From Planctomycetota bacterium (GTDB taxonomy: Bacteria > Planctomycetota > MHYJ01 > WSZJ01), in contig JBBTCT010000031.1 in NCBI GenBank assembly GCA_038060895.1, positions 32,001 to 96,000 on the forward strand: a stretch of DNA of 64,000 bases, given 5' to 3'. Shown one piece after another: positions 63,311 through 64,000 of the stretch; position 1 is the stretch's first letter; every line of letters begins with the position of its first letter. A program made the translations under genes and the position numbers. Under the pieces are notes generated by a model, which did no database searches, was not told the origin of the DNA, and saw only the letters and a list, made by a program, of their open reading frames with translations.

Positions 63311-63998
63311 GGTTCACGTCAGGGCGCGCCTTCCTGAAAACCTCGTGCGCTTTCTCGCTGATCTCAGGGCAGAAATTCACGTCCAGGTCGCGAAGCGGCT
63401 TCAGCGCGACGAGGGAGATCAGACCTGCACCCGTGACTGAGGTGCTGGAGATATCGAGGACGCGCAGGTTCGGCGCGTCGACCAGCGGAGCGATGACGGC
63501 GTCGTCGACGCCGGCGCTCCAGGCGACGCTGAGGCTTTCCAGCTCGGGAAGGCCGACGAGCGGCGCCAGATCGGTCAGGGTCGACGACTTGCCAATCTGC
63601 AGAATCTCCAGCGTCCGGCAAGCGGCCAGCTCCTTGATCCCCGCGTTCGTCACGCGGCGGTTGTCCTCGATGTACAGCGCCGCCAGCGAGGGCAGGGTCG
63701 CCAATTCCCGGAGCGATTTGTCTCCAAACCCCGCGTCGCGCGCGTCTATCCAGGTCAGGTTCCGGCTTCGCGCCAGCGCTTTTGCCCCGCGCAGGCCGAC
63801 GTGAATTCCCGTGATCGAAATCGCATCGAGTTTCGGAAGCGTGGCCAACGCTTCGACCCCCTTCACCGTCAGTTTCTCTCCGTAAACGTAGACCCTCTCC
63901 AGCCCCTTCCCCGTCGACAACGCAACCAGGGCTTCGTCGGTCAGCTCCTCGCTCGACAGCGATACCTCGATCAGGTTTGGAATGGCCGCCAGGTATCC
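63294..63998 (-). CDS. Leucine-rich-repeat protein (RI-like); 5' part outside window
   Basis: LRVLDISSTSVTGAGL, LESLSVA, VTNAGIKELA repeats; frame open to window end. Confidence 0.85.
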   Translation of the reverse strand, partial: GYLAAIPNLIEVSLSSEELTDEALVALSTGKGLERVYVYGEKLTVKGVEALATLPKLDAISITGIHVGLRGAKALARSRNLTWIDARDAGFGDKSLRELATLPSLAALYIEDNRRVTNAGIKELAACRTLEILQIGKSSTLTDLAPLVGLPELESLSVAWSAGVDDAVIAPLVDAPNLRVLDISSTSVTGAGLISLVALKPLRDLDVNFCPEISEKAHEVFRKARPDVNLRTTR

Positions 63999-64000
63999 AA

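Overview
High-GC bacterial chromosomal window. The gene repertoire (DUF1559-like protein, FHA-GAF-sigma54 activator, squalene-cyclase-repeat protein, STN-domain and TPR proteins) suggests Planctomycetota or a relative; this is inference. About 60 genes. Housekeeping genes: ldcA, gmhA, hldE, pfkA, pnp, rpsO, a complex I operon with only membrane-arm subunits (nuoA,H,J,K,L,M,N), rocF, lysA, archease-rtcB and a MacB/LolD-type ABC pair. These are interspersed with accessory and hypothetical genes and a vapBC module. No rRNA, tRNA, CRISPR array, transposase or integrase was recognised. Most notable observations: (i) a caspase-family protease fused to four Tudor/chromo-barrel-like domains; (ii) a three-gene cluster centred on a Pro-rich protein with three copies of an unrecognised ~83-aa domain, next to a FliL-like gene; (iii) a pfkA / FAD-oxidoreductase / aldo-keto-reductase / hldE / gmhA run in which pfkA appears to start at ATC; (iv) a minimal Skp-like protein coupled to a short orphan secretin; (v) many apparently leaderless genes; (vi) large intergenic hairpins built from short tandem repeats. 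All domain calls are by eye from motifs; no database search was run.
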